A stretch of DNA of 63,995 bases, the filler included, from Gonapodya sp. JEL0774 (lineage: Eukaryota), in the NCBI GenBank assembly GCA_027604505.1. It is 7 parts of 7 records of this genome, joined end to end, with 100 filler letters (N's around TTAATTAATTAA, not from the genome) between each part and the next. Parts side by side here need not be neighbours in the genome. Positions count along the whole stretch, not along the records: positions 55,380 to 63,995 come from JADIIX010000444.1; 6 more parts are not named here. One strand, 5' to 3'. Shown here in pieces: positions 63,034-63,995 of this stretch. The stretch's first letter is position 1, and every line of letters starts with the position of its first letter. The position numbers and the translations under genes are program-made. Under the pieces are notes generated by a model, which was not told the origin of the DNA, did no database searches, and saw only the letters and a program-made list of their open reading frames with translations.

Positions 63034-63995
63034 GTTGTGTGCTGCGTTTCGGGGGGGAGCGGGGACGCTTCAACGTCTTTTTTGGGTCGTGACGATGGAA
63101 GCTGGGAGATCGAGAAAAACGACCGGTGGTGGTTTTATTTATTTTGAATGATGGACAATTGAGTGGGCATGATCTGCAACTGTGAACACATTTTGCGGAG
63201 TTTTGAAATAGAGACAAGAAATAGAGATGTAGATCAGAATGAACTGAAAGTTTTGATATAATTAATTGATGAACAAAGATGACAATGACTGATCTTGCAG
63301 GCTTCTGGCTAGCATTTCGAACGTCGCTAAAGAAGTGGCTTCGCACGGACTTATGGCGCCGGCTGCGGAACTTTCCCACTGAGACAACGATATCAGTGAC
63401 ACATCACATCTTTATAAGATCCAAAGTTAAAATCCTACTCTTTGATTCATTGTTTGGTGGTTCTGTATCAGGTTTGACGCATGATTCGCCCACGGCGTTT
63501 ACCTTACCGCTGTTGCTCTGCATCCAGTCAAACTTCACGTCCCGTTGCGGATTCACAAACGGTACAAACCTATGCACTCACCTTCGTAGACATTTAGTGG
63601 CACAATTATCCCATTCAAGGGTTTGTACAACGGGTTGAAGATCTGGAGGGGTCCAAGTCGAGCAAAGAAGGTGATGTAACTCAAAGGTCATCACCAAGAG
63701 GATGATGTCACAGGCACTGTTTCATGACTATTTCACTTTCACTTTCCTTTGTTGTGAGAGCTTCCTTGTGTTACGGATGTCAAACTAATGTTGGTCCGCC
63801 GCACGCAAACATCGGCTGATGTGGCGTCAGCTGCTGCAGCCCGTTCGGAGACACCGAAAACGAAAACGTTGCGATCAGTCGCGGATATGGGAACATTGAT
63901 ATCTTGGATAAATTCGACTGTCACGACATCGTGTTGATCCGGGATGTCAATCTTTCAAAGCTCCACCACGACGGCCGTGGGAGACCCGGCAACAA

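Overview
Eukaryotic, intron-rich genomic DNA, most likely from an early-diverging (zoosporic/chytrid-like) fungus; the taxon is inferred from gene content and short GT-AG introns. The window is not one locus. It is seven short scaffolds (~9.2, 9.2, 9.1, 9.1, 9.1, 9.0, >8.6 kb, sorted by decreasing length) joined by artificial 100-nt N-TTAATTAATTAA-N linkers, so gene order across linkers is meaningless. Recognisable genes: a bacterial-type alkaline phosphatase, an APC-family amino-acid permease (partial), a Shisa-like membrane protein, cyanase with a possible mitochondrial presequence, TTI1, a full-size ABCG transporter, an LTR-retrotransposon gag with LTR end and PBS, a CpG-decayed kinase pseudogene, an IKS1-like kinase and an F-box protein. 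The standout is scaffold 6 (46259-55279). There, an intron-containing gene encoding a ParB/Srx-like domain fused to a beta-class N4/N6 DNA methyltransferase-like domain lies head-to-head with an intron-containing Ginger/Gypsy-type DDE integrase. Between them is a ~1 kb array of ~20 copies of the palindrome AAGTCGTCC-NNN-GGACGACTT, part of it arranged as repeat-spacer units. This is a candidate undescribed mobile element. All family calls are by-eye motif recognition; no database searches were run.
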